From an uncultured Spirochaetales bacterium (GTDB lineage Bacteria; Spirochaetota; Spirochaetia; Sphaerochaetales; Sphaerochaetaceae): a DNA stretch of 64,000 nt. Position numbers and translations under genes: made by a program. The notes beneath the pieces were generated by a model that did no database searches, had not been told where the DNA came from, and was given only the letters and a program-made list of their open reading frames with translations. Location: contig CASDRU010000016.1 in the NCBI GenBank assembly GCA_949283305.1, positions 10,155 to 74,154 on the forward strand, in the 5' to 3' direction. Below are positions 7,534 through 17,709 of the stretch, piece by piece; position 1 is the stretch's first letter; each line of letters opens with the position of its first letter.

Positions 7534-9719
7534 TTAAATGATACCCCAACTGTATAAGCTCCCTTTACAGAGAAATTCATCTTAAATGCAATCTGCCCGA
7601 AATCTGTGTTATAGCCGACCTTCACAATAAAGCCAATATCATAATCATCCATCATGACAAAAGGAGCTGGCAAAGCGTCAGGCCAGAGATGAGGGGCATT
7701 TGTCATTGCTTTTTCAAAGCCCTCGGCATATATAAGGCCGTCAACAAAGACATCTTCTGCAACAACTCCCCTGATACCGAGAGCAAGGCACATATCGTCA
7801 CGGCTTAAGGAGAATGCCTGTGTAAGACCGAATGAAGAAGAAAGGTTCTTATCCCCCCTTATTGAATAAAATGAATATTCAAGCAGGAACGCTGTATTGT
7901 CTATGAATGATGGAATGCGTGATGAGAGGGAAAGAGATGCAGAATATGAAAGTGGCGGTGCCATATTGACTGAGGCATCTGCGATGACCTCCACTCCGGA
8001 AGAAAGAAGATCATCTGAAAGCGCATCATATTCGATATATGCAGAGAAAACAGGGACAAATATATTCCTAAAGCTCCTTTCTTCCATTCCAGAGGGGCTG
8101 TAAAGCTTTTCAAGATAGTAATAGTCAAATCCGACAGAGAGCTCAGCTATGAAATTGAAATCTGTCTGGAAGGACACTCCACCTCTCAGGCGAAGGGAGA
8201 AATCCGTTGTGTCGCTGGTTGTCTTCAAAAGACTTTTCTTTGCTATCGATGAATAAGAGCCGACTCCAGCTGAAAAGTCTGCGAAGACGGATGTTATCTT
8301 TCCAAATCGGTAGTAATAGGAAAACAGAAGACTGGTTGCCTCATCAAAATCAAGTCCTGTAAGGATTTCACCCTTATGCTCTGAAAGGAAGATATCAAAG
8401 AGGATATCGAATTTCGGAAGCAGGGAAAGAGAGAAGGATCCATCTCTGAAATCACCGGCGGCCACAAGATTTACTGAAGCGCCAAGAGAAAGGCTGTACT
8501 GAGCTTCTTTATAATCAGTTGATTTCACATAGATTACAGCATCTTTAACACTGTAAGAGAGATTCATGAAGTGCTCTCTGTCCCTTATCTCCTTGAGAGT
8601 ACGCTCAAACTCGTTCATCAGAGCCTTGTCAGCTTTCTTCCCGATGAAGAAGTCAAAATAACCCTTATAGTCCTCAAGTCCCGGATAGACTATGTTCTCT
8701 ATCGTGTAATCCTCTATCTCGCTGTAGGATATATAGTCATCATATTCTCTGTCCCCTAGCTCTTTTTCAAGCTCAGAAAACGTCTCTTCATATTTTTGAA
8801 CTTCCGCTCTGCCTGTTTCGATTATCTCTCTCCATTTTCCAAACTCGAGAGTGTCATAATTCTCATTCACGGCATCGAGGGTTATCAGGTAGTCCGCGTT
8901 CTCATAGCTTTCGAGAGTGTTTGACTGTGAAATCAGGTCCAGAAAGCGTAGCACGGAGCCGGAAAAGCTCATGACATCATCGCTTTCGATGCTCTCAATT
9001 GTCTTACTTGCATTCTTTATATCCACAGCAAGGACAATATCCGCTCCTTTCTCATGCGCAAGATCTACAGGAAGATTATCAACCAATCCCCCGTCAACCA
9101 CAACTCTTCCATCCTCAAGCGTCACCGCATTAAATATGATCGGCAGGGACATTGATGCCCTGATTGCTGTAAAAAGATCGCCAGAAGAGAATACTATCGC
9201 CTCTCCTGTAATATAATCTGTCCCAACAGCATAAAACGGTATTGAGAGATTGGAAAAATCATCAACATCCAGGACCTTGGAAAGATTCTTTCTTAAAAAT
9301 GCTGATATCACCTGGTCATCGATCACGCCGCTGGATGTGCCGAAAGAGTCAGAAGAGAATCCGATATTCGCTATATTCGTCTCTATATCAAGCTTTCCTC
9401 CACGCAGATCCTCAATATTGCTTCTTGCATTGAAGTGCATGAAGAGGGACATCACATCACCCTCATCAGCAATGATCTCTTCTATCTCATCAGAAGTGTA
9501 ACCTGCTGCATAGAAACATCCAATCAATGCCCCCATACTCGTTCCTATGACCATATCAGGCACGATTGAACGCTTTTCCAGCTCCTCAATAACTGCAATA
9601 TGGGCAATTCCCTTTGCCCCTCCGCCGGAAAGCACAAGTGCAAGCGTCGGCTCCTTTGAGAAAGCTGCAGTTGAAATGGCGATGAGAAGAAAAAGAGATG
9701 TGATGAATTTTCTCAGCAT
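7530..9719 (-). CDS. patatin-like phospholipase fused to a C-terminal beta-barrel region (PlpD-like, type Vd autotransporter architecture)
   Basis: Signal peptide, GGGAKG oxyanion motif, GTSMG nucleophile elbow and DGGLVDNLP Asp motif. About 400 aa of alternating-hydrophobic beta-strand sequence at the C-terminus. Confidence 0.85.
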   Translation of the reverse strand: MLRKFITSLFLLIAISTAAFSKEPTLALVLSGGGAKGIAHIAVIEELEKRSIVPDMVIGTSMGALIGCFYAAGYTSDEIEEIIADEGDVMSLFMHFNARSNIEDLRGGKLDIETNIANIGFSSDSFGTSSGVIDDQVISAFLRKNLSKVLDVDDFSNLSIPFYAVGTDYITGEAIVFSSGDLFTAIRASMSLPIIFNAVTLEDGRVVVDGGLVDNLPVDLAHEKGADIVLAVDIKNASKTIESIESDDVMSFSGSVLRFLDLISQSNTLESYENADYLITLDAVNENYDTLEFGKWREIIETGRAEVQKYEETFSELEKELGDREYDDYISYSEIEDYTIENIVYPGLEDYKGYFDFFIGKKADKALMNEFERTLKEIRDREHFMNLSYSVKDAVIYVKSTDYKEAQYSLSLGASVNLVAAGDFRDGSFSLSLLPKFDILFDIFLSEHKGEILTGLDFDEATSLLFSYYYRFGKITSVFADFSAGVGSYSSIAKKSLLKTTSDTTDFSLRLRGGVSFQTDFNFIAELSVGFDYYYLEKLYSPSGMEERSFRNIFVPVFSAYIEYDALSDDLLSSGVEVIADASVNMAPPLSYSASLSLSSRIPSFIDNTAFLLEYSFYSIRGDKNLSSSFGLTQAFSLSRDDMCLALGIRGVVAEDVFVDGLIYAEGFEKAMTNAPHLWPDALPAPFVMMDDYDIGFIVKVGYNTDFGQIAFKMNFSVKGAYTVGVSFK

Positions 9720-10639
9720 AAAAGAGCCCCTATTATCTTCTTGTCTCCGTTTATGAAGCTCTGGGCATCCATTTCTTTCTTACCTGGCTTCTGGAGACGT
9801 GATATGTATATATAATAGTCCGGTGTACTGACTTTAAGACCTTTGCCTTTCACAAAAGCGACAACGGTTCCCGGTTTTTCCGTGCATTTCTCATCAAGCG
9901 AGAACACAGAACCATATACACCGGATATTATCAGAATCTCACCACCATACAGGCAGAAAGCCTTTGGCCATGGCCAGCATGCACGTATTCTTGCATGAAT
10001 CTCCGCTGCAGGCCTCTCAAAATCCAGCCTTCCATCTTCTTTCTTTATGAAGTATGTGTAGCTTGCTTCTCCGCTCTGCTCTTTTTCCTCGTAATCATCG
10101 ATGTGTGAAAACGTCGCAGAGGCAAGGGAGGAAGCGATGGATGATATCTTCTTCTCAAGGCTCTCGCTTGTTTCTGTCCCATCAAGAGCATAGTCTGTGT
10201 AGTTTATTATCTCTCCTTCATCCACAGCAGGTGCTATGTTCTGTATGCACACACGGCTTTCCTTCTTTCTTGAAAGGATTGTGGAGAAAAGCGGGGAGCA
10301 TCCCCTGAATTCTGGAAGAGCTGACGGGTGTATGTTGTATTTTCTCTCAAAGAGCGCGAGGAATTTGGGTCCGAAGATCTTTCCATAGCTGAAAGAAACA
10401 AGAGTGTCGCATCCAAGAGGAGCAAGAGCTGAGCGTGCTTCTTTTTTAAGAGAGTCAAACTGATATACAGGAAGTGAAAGCTCAAGTGCTTTCACCTTAA
10501 CAGGAGGAGCAATGAGCGCGCTTCCTCTTTTACCTCTCTCATCCGGACTTGTAAGCACAGCTGAGACCAATGAAAGCTCATTCAGTCTCTCAAGTGTCTC
10601 AACTGCTATAGCACTTGTTGCTGCGAAAAGTATCTTCAT
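9713..10639 (-). CDS. fmt: methionyl-tRNA formyltransferase
   Basis: IHPSALPEFRGCSPL motif. Immediately downstream of def. Confidence 0.9.
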   Translation of the reverse strand: MKILFAATSAIAVETLERLNELSLVSAVLTSPDERGKRGSALIAPPVKVKALELSLPVYQFDSLKKEARSALAPLGCDTLVSFSYGKIFGPKFLALFERKYNIHPSALPEFRGCSPLFSTILSRKKESRVCIQNIAPAVDEGEIINYTDYALDGTETSESLEKKISSIASSLASATFSHIDDYEEKEQSGEASYTYFIKKEDGRLDFERPAAEIHARIRACWPWPKAFCLYGGEILIISGVYGSVFSLDEKCTEKPGTVVAFVKGKGLKVSTPDYYIYISRLQKPGKKEMDAQSFINGDKKIIGALLC

Positions 10640-10647
10640 TCCTCACC

Positions 10648-11163
10648 TCAGCGTGATTTTCTGCTGTACTTTTTCTTTTTCTTATGAAACAGTGACACGA
10701 CCTTGTCTTTTTCCTTCTCTTCAAGATGATCGATGAAAAGAACACCGTTAAGATGGTCATTCTCATGCTGGATCACCCTCGCAAGAAGCCCGTCAGCATC
10801 GAGAGTGAAGAACTTTCCACTCACATCCTGAGCCTGGACCTTCACACGCGCGGGACGCATCACGTCACGGTAGAATCCCGGAATTGAAAGGCATCCTTCC
10901 TCATATGGAACAAGCTCGACACTTGTTTCAATGATCTCCGGATTGATAAGAGCATAACGCTCACCTTTTTTTCTTGTATTGACAACAAATATCTTCTTGC
11001 TGATCCCTACCTGCGGGGCTGCAAGACCGACTCCTTCAGCCTCCTCAAGAGTCTCAAACATAGCATCAACAAGAATCTTCAGCGCATCATCAAATTCATC
11101 AACGCTCTCAGTCTGGCTTCTGAGAACCTCATCATCCATATCAAAAATATCAAGCATGTACAT
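10648..11163 (-). CDS. def: peptide deformylase
   Basis: GLAAPQVG, EGCLSIPG and QHENDHLNG motifs. Confidence 0.95.
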   Translation of the reverse strand: MYMLDIFDMDDEVLRSQTESVDEFDDALKILVDAMFETLEEAEGVGLAAPQVGISKKIFVVNTRKKGERYALINPEIIETSVELVPYEEGCLSIPGFYRDVMRPARVKVQAQDVSGKFFTLDADGLLARVIQHENDHLNGVLFIDHLEEKEKDKVVSLFHKKKKKYSRKSR

Positions 11164-11197
11164 AATATAACATTAAAGGAGGAATGAAGAAAGGCTC

Positions 11198-13165
11198 TCA
11201 GGTTATGTCCACAGGATCAGTGTCTATCTCCAAATATGTGTTCCTCGCGGCTTTGTAGGAGGAAAAGAAGACTGAGAGGGTTTCCAGCATGCTCTTGAAT
11301 GAACGGGACTCAGAACGCAGAAGAAGATGATAGCGGTAATATCCTTTCTTCTTCTCAATCAGAGCTTCTCCTGCAGAATACACATCAACGCCCTTTAAGT
11401 TCTCAAGGAGAGAAAAAAGCTCGCTTTCAAGGCGCTCTGCCTCCTTTTGCGCGCACTCTCTGATTCTGCTTCTCACTGTAAGGTTAACAAGGCGGGAAAA
11501 CGGAGGAAATGAAACCATTCTACGCATTTCAAGCTCCTCGCTGTAGAATGCTTCCTGGTCATTCATCTCAACAGCCCTTATAGCAGGATTTGTTATCTGT
11601 GTTGTCTGGATAATCACATGCCCGTCATTTCTGTAACGCCCGACACGGCCCGCAACCTGCTGCAAAAGATCGAATGTCCTTTCATTTGCCCTGAAATCCG
11701 GAGAAAACAGCGATGTATCAGCATTTATGACGCCAACTAGGGTGACTAAGGGAAAATTCAGTCCTTTTGCAATCATCTGAGTTCCGAGAAGAATATCGAT
11801 TTCTCCTCTCTCAAAGGCCTTAAGCGTATCCTTCACATAGCTTTTTCCCTTTACGCTGTCGCTGTCCAGCCTTTTTATCCTCTTTAGCGGAAACAGATTC
11901 ATCAGTTCCTCTTCAATCCTCTCAGTGCCGCTTCCTGTACTGATTAAATCCATGCTGCCGCATGAAGGGCATGAATGGACAAGAGGAATGCTCTTGCCGC
12001 ATGTATGACATAAAAGCCGCCCCTTATCCTTGTGGTATGTCATGTTGACAGAACAGTTAGGGCATTTTATGACTGAAGAGCATGTTGAACACATGATTGA
12101 ATGAGAGTAGCCCCGTCTGTTGAGAAAGAGGATCACTCCCTTCTTGTCATCAAGCTCCTTCTTCATGGCATCATAAAGCACTTTGGAGATATTCCCCTTC
12201 TCGTTTCTCATATCCACAATCCTGATTGACGGGAAATGCCCTTCTCCGACCCGGTGCGGCATGTCAATGCGTCTGATCAGGCCTTTTCTCATCAGATGAT
12301 AGGACTCAAAGCTTGGAGTTGCCGAGCCCATGACAAGAGGAATAGATGAGTATTCGCTTCTCATCTGAGCTATCTGCCGTGCATGATAACGCGGAGTATT
12401 CTGACTCTTATAAGTATTCTCATGCTCCTCATCAAGGATTATGAGGCCGAGATTTGAAAACGGAGAAAATACGGCACTCCTTGCTCCAATCAGTATGTCC
12501 GCATCCCCTTTTTTTATATCCATCAATGCCTTAAGGCGCTCAGATGGAGTGAGAGATGAATGTATTATTCTTACCCGGGAAGAAAAACGTTTTGAAACAC
12601 TGTCCTTGATCTGCTCGCTCAGCGTTATCTCAGGAACAAGATAAAGAACCTGCTTTCCATTTCTTATCACATTCTCTGCAAGGCGCAGATACACCTCGCT
12701 CTTTCCGCTTCCGGTAACGCCGGCAAGATAAAAAAGCCTTTTGTTCTCCTTTATTCCATTCAATATGCTTTCTATGGCATTCTTCTGGTCTTCAGAAAGG
12801 TTTTCAATCCTCTCAAAATCACAGGAGTCTGAAAAGGAAGGTGTCTCATTTGCTTCCCTTTTAGCTCCAGGGACCATCAGAGACAGATTCACGCCTATAT
12901 TTGACATATAGATGCTCTTCATGCGCTTTGCGATGTAAAGAGACTCCTCGTTTATGATCTGGCTCTTATCGATTATCCTGTCAATCATCCTGTATTCAAT
13001 TGAAGGATCGGCGCTCTCTGATTCTTCTATGACAATGCCCGTCATCTTCCTGCTTCCAAAAGGGACAGAAACTCTCTTGAACAGGGCAGACTCATTTCCA
13101 TCATATTTATATGTAAAAAGGCTTGTCAGTGCCGGGGTCGGAAGTGCCACAAGAAGGTATTTCAA
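11198..13165 (-). CDS. priA: primosomal protein N' (replication restart helicase)
   Basis: Walker A GVTGSGKSEVY, DEEH box, Cys-rich zinc region CSTCSSVIKCPNCS...CHTCG...CPSCGS. Confidence 0.92.
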   Translation of the reverse strand: MKYLLVALPTPALTSLFTYKYDGNESALFKRVSVPFGSRKMTGIVIEESESADPSIEYRMIDRIIDKSQIINEESLYIAKRMKSIYMSNIGVNLSLMVPGAKREANETPSFSDSCDFERIENLSEDQKNAIESILNGIKENKRLFYLAGVTGSGKSEVYLRLAENVIRNGKQVLYLVPEITLSEQIKDSVSKRFSSRVRIIHSSLTPSERLKALMDIKKGDADILIGARSAVFSPFSNLGLIILDEEHENTYKSQNTPRYHARQIAQMRSEYSSIPLVMGSATPSFESYHLMRKGLIRRIDMPHRVGEGHFPSIRIVDMRNEKGNISKVLYDAMKKELDDKKGVILFLNRRGYSHSIMCSTCSSVIKCPNCSVNMTYHKDKGRLLCHTCGKSIPLVHSCPSCGSMDLISTGSGTERIEEELMNLFPLKRIKRLDSDSVKGKSYVKDTLKAFERGEIDILLGTQMIAKGLNFPLVTLVGVINADTSLFSPDFRANERTFDLLQQVAGRVGRYRNDGHVIIQTTQITNPAIRAVEMNDQEAFYSEELEMRRMVSFPPFSRLVNLTVRSRIRECAQKEAERLESELFSLLENLKGVDVYSAGEALIEKKKGYYRYHLLLRSESRSFKSMLETLSVFFSSYKAARNTYLEIDTDPVDIT

Positions 13166-13821
13166 GAAAGGCTCTCCTTTATCTTTTTCAAATCCTCAAA
13201 AACAGGACGGCGGAGCATCCTGTCCCCCATCAGCTCCTGTGGAGAATATGTTATAAAAGTCTTTCTTGAAAGAAAGCGGAAAGACCTGACAGATGCTCTC
13301 ATGTTCTCAAAAGGAACATTCATATTTGTAAGAAAGCGTGCGCATTCAGAGCCCATTATCACAATAAGTGAAGGATCAAGGGCTTCTATTCTCTCCTTGA
13401 GAAAACCTTTGCACATTGAAGCATAACGGCCGTCAAAAGCAGCTACAGGGCAGTTTATGAGAGGAATCACGGCCCTGTTTGAACGGGAGAGAGAAAGCAC
13501 GTTCATCTCTTTTTCAAAAAGAGCTTCACTTTGATCAGAGAAAACGGAATCCGGTGTCTCAAGCTTTGAGAGAATGAACACGACCTTCGCCTTCTGAGGA
13601 TTGAAATAGGTATTCTCTCTCCTGTTCTGCCAGAGCGGGCATTTATGACAGTCTGAAATGCTTTCACTTTTTTCCTCTTTCCTTTCTTCTCCCTCAGGAA
13701 ATTTCACGGCATATTCAGAAAAAGGAGTATTCTCCATCATCAGATCATCGCAAAATACAGCCTCAGCCTGATCAAGGAGTGTGTAAAAATATTCAAGCGC
13801 GTCTTTGTTTTCTCTTATCAT
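13162..13821 (-). CDS. uracil-DNA glycosylase family 4-like protein, divergent
   Basis: CHKCPLWQNRR resembles the family-4 N-terminal Cys motif, but I cannot find the GEAPG or HPS catalytic motifs. Confidence 0.45.
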   Translation of the reverse strand: MIRENKDALEYFYTLLDQAEAVFCDDLMMENTPFSEYAVKFPEGEERKEEKSESISDCHKCPLWQNRRENTYFNPQKAKVVFILSKLETPDSVFSDQSEALFEKEMNVLSLSRSNRAVIPLINCPVAAFDGRYASMCKGFLKERIEALDPSLIVIMGSECARFLTNMNVPFENMRASVRSFRFLSRKTFITYSPQELMGDRMLRRPVFEDLKKIKESLS

Positions 13822-14654
13822 AGATTCTCAAACCATTCATATTTTTGCCTGTCATAGCTTATGTTTGCAAGATAGAGAGCGCATGGAGATGCTGTCTTAT
13901 ATGCAAGAGATCTGTCCTTTTTCTCAAGCATGGAGGCAAAATCTGATTTATCAAGACCGAGGCGCTCTGCTTCTAGCATACTTCCTGTCATGCTTCTCAC
14001 CTGGTTATATAAAAAGGCATTAGCCGCAACACGGTAGCGCAACACCGGAGATGAGAATGTATCAAAAATCACATCCCAGGAGGAAAGATATATATCCCTC
14101 ATCTTTGACGTGCTCTTATCGCGCGATGAGGAGAATGTAGTGAAATCATGAGTCCCAAAGAGCACCGATGCATACTCATTGAGCCTCCTGATATCTGGCA
14201 TGCGCTTGACAGGAAGCACTCTCTTCTCGTCAAAAGCAGTGACTGTGCCGATATCCTTCACAAGATACCAGTATTCCCTGCTCTGTGTGGAAAAACGTGC
14301 GTGAAAACCACCATCCTTCTCAACGCTTTCAGAACACCTTATCGAATGAGGAAGCATGGTGTTCAATATTATGTGGAATTTTGATGCCTCTATATTGGAA
14401 AATGTATCAAAATGGGCAACCTGCATCAGGGCATGCACCCCGCTGTCAGTTCTTCCAGAGCCGTATATGACAGTTTCTTCTTTTGTAACATGCCTGAGGA
14501 CCCGCTCAATCTCTTCCTGAACGGTAATGCATCCATCCTGGCGCTGCCAGCCATGATAATAAGATCCGTCATAGGAAAGAGTCAGTGCTATCCTTCTTTC
14601 CCCCTCAGCAAGTGCTTTGAAGCTCTCCGGCCTCTTCCAGTCACTCCTTGCCAT
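13818..14654 (-). CDS. truA: tRNA pseudouridine(38-40) synthase
   Basis: GSGRTDSGVHA catalytic Asp motif. 278 aa. Confidence 0.92.
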   Translation of the reverse strand: MARSDWKRPESFKALAEGERRIALTLSYDGSYYHGWQRQDGCITVQEEIERVLRHVTKEETVIYGSGRTDSGVHALMQVAHFDTFSNIEASKFHIILNTMLPHSIRCSESVEKDGGFHARFSTQSREYWYLVKDIGTVTAFDEKRVLPVKRMPDIRRLNEYASVLFGTHDFTTFSSSRDKSTSKMRDIYLSSWDVIFDTFSSPVLRYRVAANAFLYNQVRSMTGSMLEAERLGLDKSDFASMLEKKDRSLAYKTASPCALYLANISYDRQKYEWFENL

Positions 14655-14994
14655 CTATCACCACCATGGCAACTGAATATTCCTTTTCGTGGGAAAGTGA
14701 AAGGAATACCCTCTCATTCTTGTCCAAGACATCAGAGAATGTGACTATATAAGGCATTCCATCCTCATTTTCCCTTATTTCAATCATATTTGCCTCAATT
14801 GTTCTAAAGCCCTTTCCAAGAGCTTTCACGAATGCTTCCTTTGCGGCAAATCGGGATGAGAAGAATGCAGAGGAATCACTTCTTCTTCCAGCTTCCTCAA
14901 GCTCTGCTTGTGTGAATATCTTCTTCAGCACTCCCTCTTCCAGATTGTCAAAACGGGAGTTTTTGGCTATATCAGTGCCTACTGCTTTAATCAT
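14641..14994 (-). CDS. acpS: holo-[acyl-carrier-protein] synthase
   Basis: 117 aa, N-terminal GTDIAKNSRF, FAAKEAFVKALG. Confidence 0.85.
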   Translation of the reverse strand: MIKAVGTDIAKNSRFDNLEEGVLKKIFTQAELEEAGRRSDSSAFFSSRFAAKEAFVKALGKGFRTIEANMIEIRENEDGMPYIVTFSDVLDKNERVFLSLSHEKEYSVAMVVIDGKE

Positions 14995-15376
14995 CAGGCT
15001 CTCCGAAGAGGATCCTGACGCTTGAGGGATCAGAATATATTGCTATAGTGTTCTTCTTGTAAATGTCCTCTCTGTACTCAAGGATTACCGGAACACTTGT
15101 TATTCCAGCACTGTCCACTGCTGAGAAATCAGCCCTTGCCTTTATTCCAGCAGGGTCTACAAGATAAATCACATTCTCATTTCCGCTTATCACGACATCA
15201 ACACTCTCCGGAACAAGGCTCTCAGCCTCAAAATCATCTGGAAGCGTGACAGAAAGAGGAATCGTTATGACTCTGTCCGTTATGTTCGTAAACTCTATGA
15301 GAAGCACAGCCAGTATGGCAAGGAGAAGAGAGAATACCTTAGCACCCCAGAATGAGAAGAATTTATTCTGCTTCAT
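14987..15376 (-). CDS. YbbR-like domain protein (CdaR-type partner of CdaA)
   Basis: N-terminal TM helix plus one YbbR-like beta domain. Overlaps the cdaA stop, which is the conserved cdaA-cdaR arrangement. Confidence 0.6.
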   Translation of the reverse strand: MKQNKFFSFWGAKVFSLLLAILAVLLIEFTNITDRVITIPLSVTLPDDFEAESLVPESVDVVISGNENVIYLVDPAGIKARADFSAVDSAGITSVPVILEYREDIYKKNTIAIYSDPSSVRILFGEPDD

Positions 15377-16181
15377 TCATCCCCTCCTTGTTTATGTCCG
15401 ACGGAAGGACGTCGTGGTAGGCAAAGAGCTGCAGGAGCACTCTTTTGAGAGTGTCATTTGAAAGATCATAATAAATGTTCGCATTATAGGCCAGGCTTAT
15501 TGCCCCGGTCTCCTCTGAGACGACAAGAACAATCGCATCCGAGTTCTCAGCAAGGCCCAGCGCGGCACGGTGACGGGTTCCGAAGCTTGCCTTTATTCCG
15601 CTCTGTTCAGAAAGCGGAAGATAGCATGCGGCATATGTGATCCTTCCACCCTCCACCACGGCAGCTCCGTCATGGAGAGGAGTGTCGTGATCGAAGATTG
15701 TCAGAAGCAGTGTGCTGGAAAGGTCCGCATTGATTCTGGTTCCTGAGTCCAGGACACTCTTTATGTCAATATGCCTTGGAAATACTATGAGCGCACCTCT
15801 TTTCTTCTCTACCAGGATATTGCATGCATTTAAAATTGAATCAATCTGGTCGGCAGTCGTCTGACTTCCGATTCTGAAAAAGCGGCCTCGCCTTATTATT
15901 GATGTGGAGAAAGCCCTTCTGAGTTCCTGATGATAAAACACCACAAGAAGTATGAGAAAAGGCAGGAAAGCCTTTTCTATTATCATGGTAAGGACATCAA
16001 AGTGCAAAAGAGAGAAGAGAAAATATGCTATGCCTAAAGAAAGGACTGCAAAGATTATCTGACGCGCTTTCGTATCGCTGACTATTATATACAGCCTGTA
16101 GAACACGAACGCGAGAATCAGAATCTCACATGTCAGTCTCAAATAATCAATCCAAGAAAGGCTTGTCAGTACCTCTATCAT
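15363..16181 (-). CDS. cdaA: diadenylate cyclase
   Basis: Three N-terminal TM helices. DisA_N motifs DGAAVV and GTRHRAALG...VSEETGAISL. Confidence 0.9.
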   Translation of the reverse strand: MIEVLTSLSWIDYLRLTCEILILAFVFYRLYIIVSDTKARQIIFAVLSLGIAYFLFSLLHFDVLTMIIEKAFLPFLILLVVFYHQELRRAFSTSIIRRGRFFRIGSQTTADQIDSILNACNILVEKKRGALIVFPRHIDIKSVLDSGTRINADLSSTLLLTIFDHDTPLHDGAAVVEGGRITYAACYLPLSEQSGIKASFGTRHRAALGLAENSDAIVLVVSEETGAISLAYNANIYYDLSNDTLKRVLLQLFAYHDVLPSDINKEGMNEAE

Positions 16182-16191
16182 CCTTTTCCTC

Positions 16192-17697
16192 TTATAGCCA
16201 TCCCAGCGTGCGGGATACTGCCTTCTTCCAGAATCCTACCCTGTTTTCCCTCTCTTTGTCATCCATCAGCGGAGAAAAGCTCTCCTTTACCCGCCAGTAT
16301 TTCTCAAGCTCAGCCGTGCTTTTCCATACTCCGGCAGTCAGCCCGGCTGCAAATGCTGCTCCTAGTGCGGTAGTCTCAGTAATCTCCGGCTTGTCCACAC
16401 GTAAGTTCAGGATATCGCTTTGGAACCTCATTAAAGGAGCGCTGTTTGTCATGCCTCCGTCCACTTTCAGGCTCTCAAGCTTTATTTTTGTGTCCTCTTC
16501 CATGCTGGAGAAGATGTCGTAGACTTGGAAAGCTGTGGCCTCAAGGACTGCGCGGCATATATGCTCACGTCTTGTATAGCCTGTAAGGCCGGCAATCACT
16601 CCACGGGCATCGCTTCTCCAGTACGGAGCAAAGAGTCCAGCAAAGGCCGGAACAATATACACTCCACCTGTATCGGCAACCTGCTCGGCAAGCATATCAA
16701 GTTCTTTTGCATCCTTTACAAGCTTCAGATTGTCCCGTGCCCACTGAACAAGGGAGCCGGCAACAGCAATCGAGCCTTCAAGGGCATAATACGGCTTCAT
16801 TCCATCTATCTGATAGGCAACAGTAGTTAAAAGCCCGAGGGAGGAAAGATATCTTTCCGTTCCGGTATTGAGAAGCAAGAAGCATCCTGTGCCGTATGTG
16901 CACTTGCTCTGCCCCTTGTCAAAGCAGGCCTGGCCGAAAAGCGCCGCCTGCTGGTCTCCTAGAATTGCAGCAAGAGGAACAGATGCGGCAAAAGGTCCGT
17001 CTTCTCTTGTAAAGGCATATACCCTCCCGCTTGAAGGAACAATTTCCGGCAGATTCTCCTTTCTGATAGAAAAGAGAGCAAGCATGTCATCATCCCAGGA
17101 GAGAGTGTTTATGTTCATCAGCATATAGCGCGAGGCGTTTGTAACATCTGTGACACATACACCGGAAAGACAGTACATGATATATGCATCCATCGTGGCA
17201 AAGCACAGATCATCATCCTTTGCGGCCTCTTTTACCGAGTCAACATTATCAAGGAGCCATCTTATCTTGCTTGCCGCAAAATACGGAGAGTAAAGAAGGC
17301 CTGTCCTTTCCTTCAGCTCTTCCTCGCTCATCCTGCTTCTTGCCTCTTTTATTATCTCCTCGCCCCTCAGGTCCTGCCATACTATTGCATTATGAAGAAT
17401 CTTTCCGCTCGAACGCAGGAAAGGAATAACAGTTTCCCTCTGGTTTGTAATGCCGACTGCATTTATATCCCGCCCTGAAAGTCCGGCCTTGTCAAGGGCA
17501 GAACGGATTACATAGTCAGTGTTTTTCCTTATCTCTTCCCCATTATGCTCGACCCAGCCCGGGCGCGGATAAATCTGTTTATGCTCAATCTGCTCAACAG
17601 AAACAATGCGTGCTTTTTCATTGAATATTATGAACCTGGTGCTTGTTGTCCCCTGGTCCAGGGCCCCAATATATCTCATGAGACTATTATAAACCAA
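16192..17697 (-). CDS. glpK: glycerol kinase
   Basis: ALDQGTTSTRF, GITNQRET and similarity across the full length. The start may be the MRYIG Met at 17679. Confidence 0.95.
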   Translation of the reverse strand: MVYNSLMRYIGALDQGTTSTRFIIFNEKARIVSVEQIEHKQIYPRPGWVEHNGEEIRKNTDYVIRSALDKAGLSGRDINAVGITNQRETVIPFLRSSGKILHNAIVWQDLRGEEIIKEARSRMSEEELKERTGLLYSPYFAASKIRWLLDNVDSVKEAAKDDDLCFATMDAYIMYCLSGVCVTDVTNASRYMLMNINTLSWDDDMLALFSIRKENLPEIVPSSGRVYAFTREDGPFAASVPLAAILGDQQAALFGQACFDKGQSKCTYGTGCFLLLNTGTERYLSSLGLLTTVAYQIDGMKPYYALEGSIAVAGSLVQWARDNLKLVKDAKELDMLAEQVADTGGVYIVPAFAGLFAPYWRSDARGVIAGLTGYTRREHICRAVLEATAFQVYDIFSSMEEDTKIKLESLKVDGGMTNSAPLMRFQSDILNLRVDKPEITETTALGAAFAAGLTAGVWKSTAELEKYWRVKESFSPLMDDKERENRVGFWKKAVSRTLGWL

Positions 17698-17709
17698 AAA
17701 GACGGGAAA

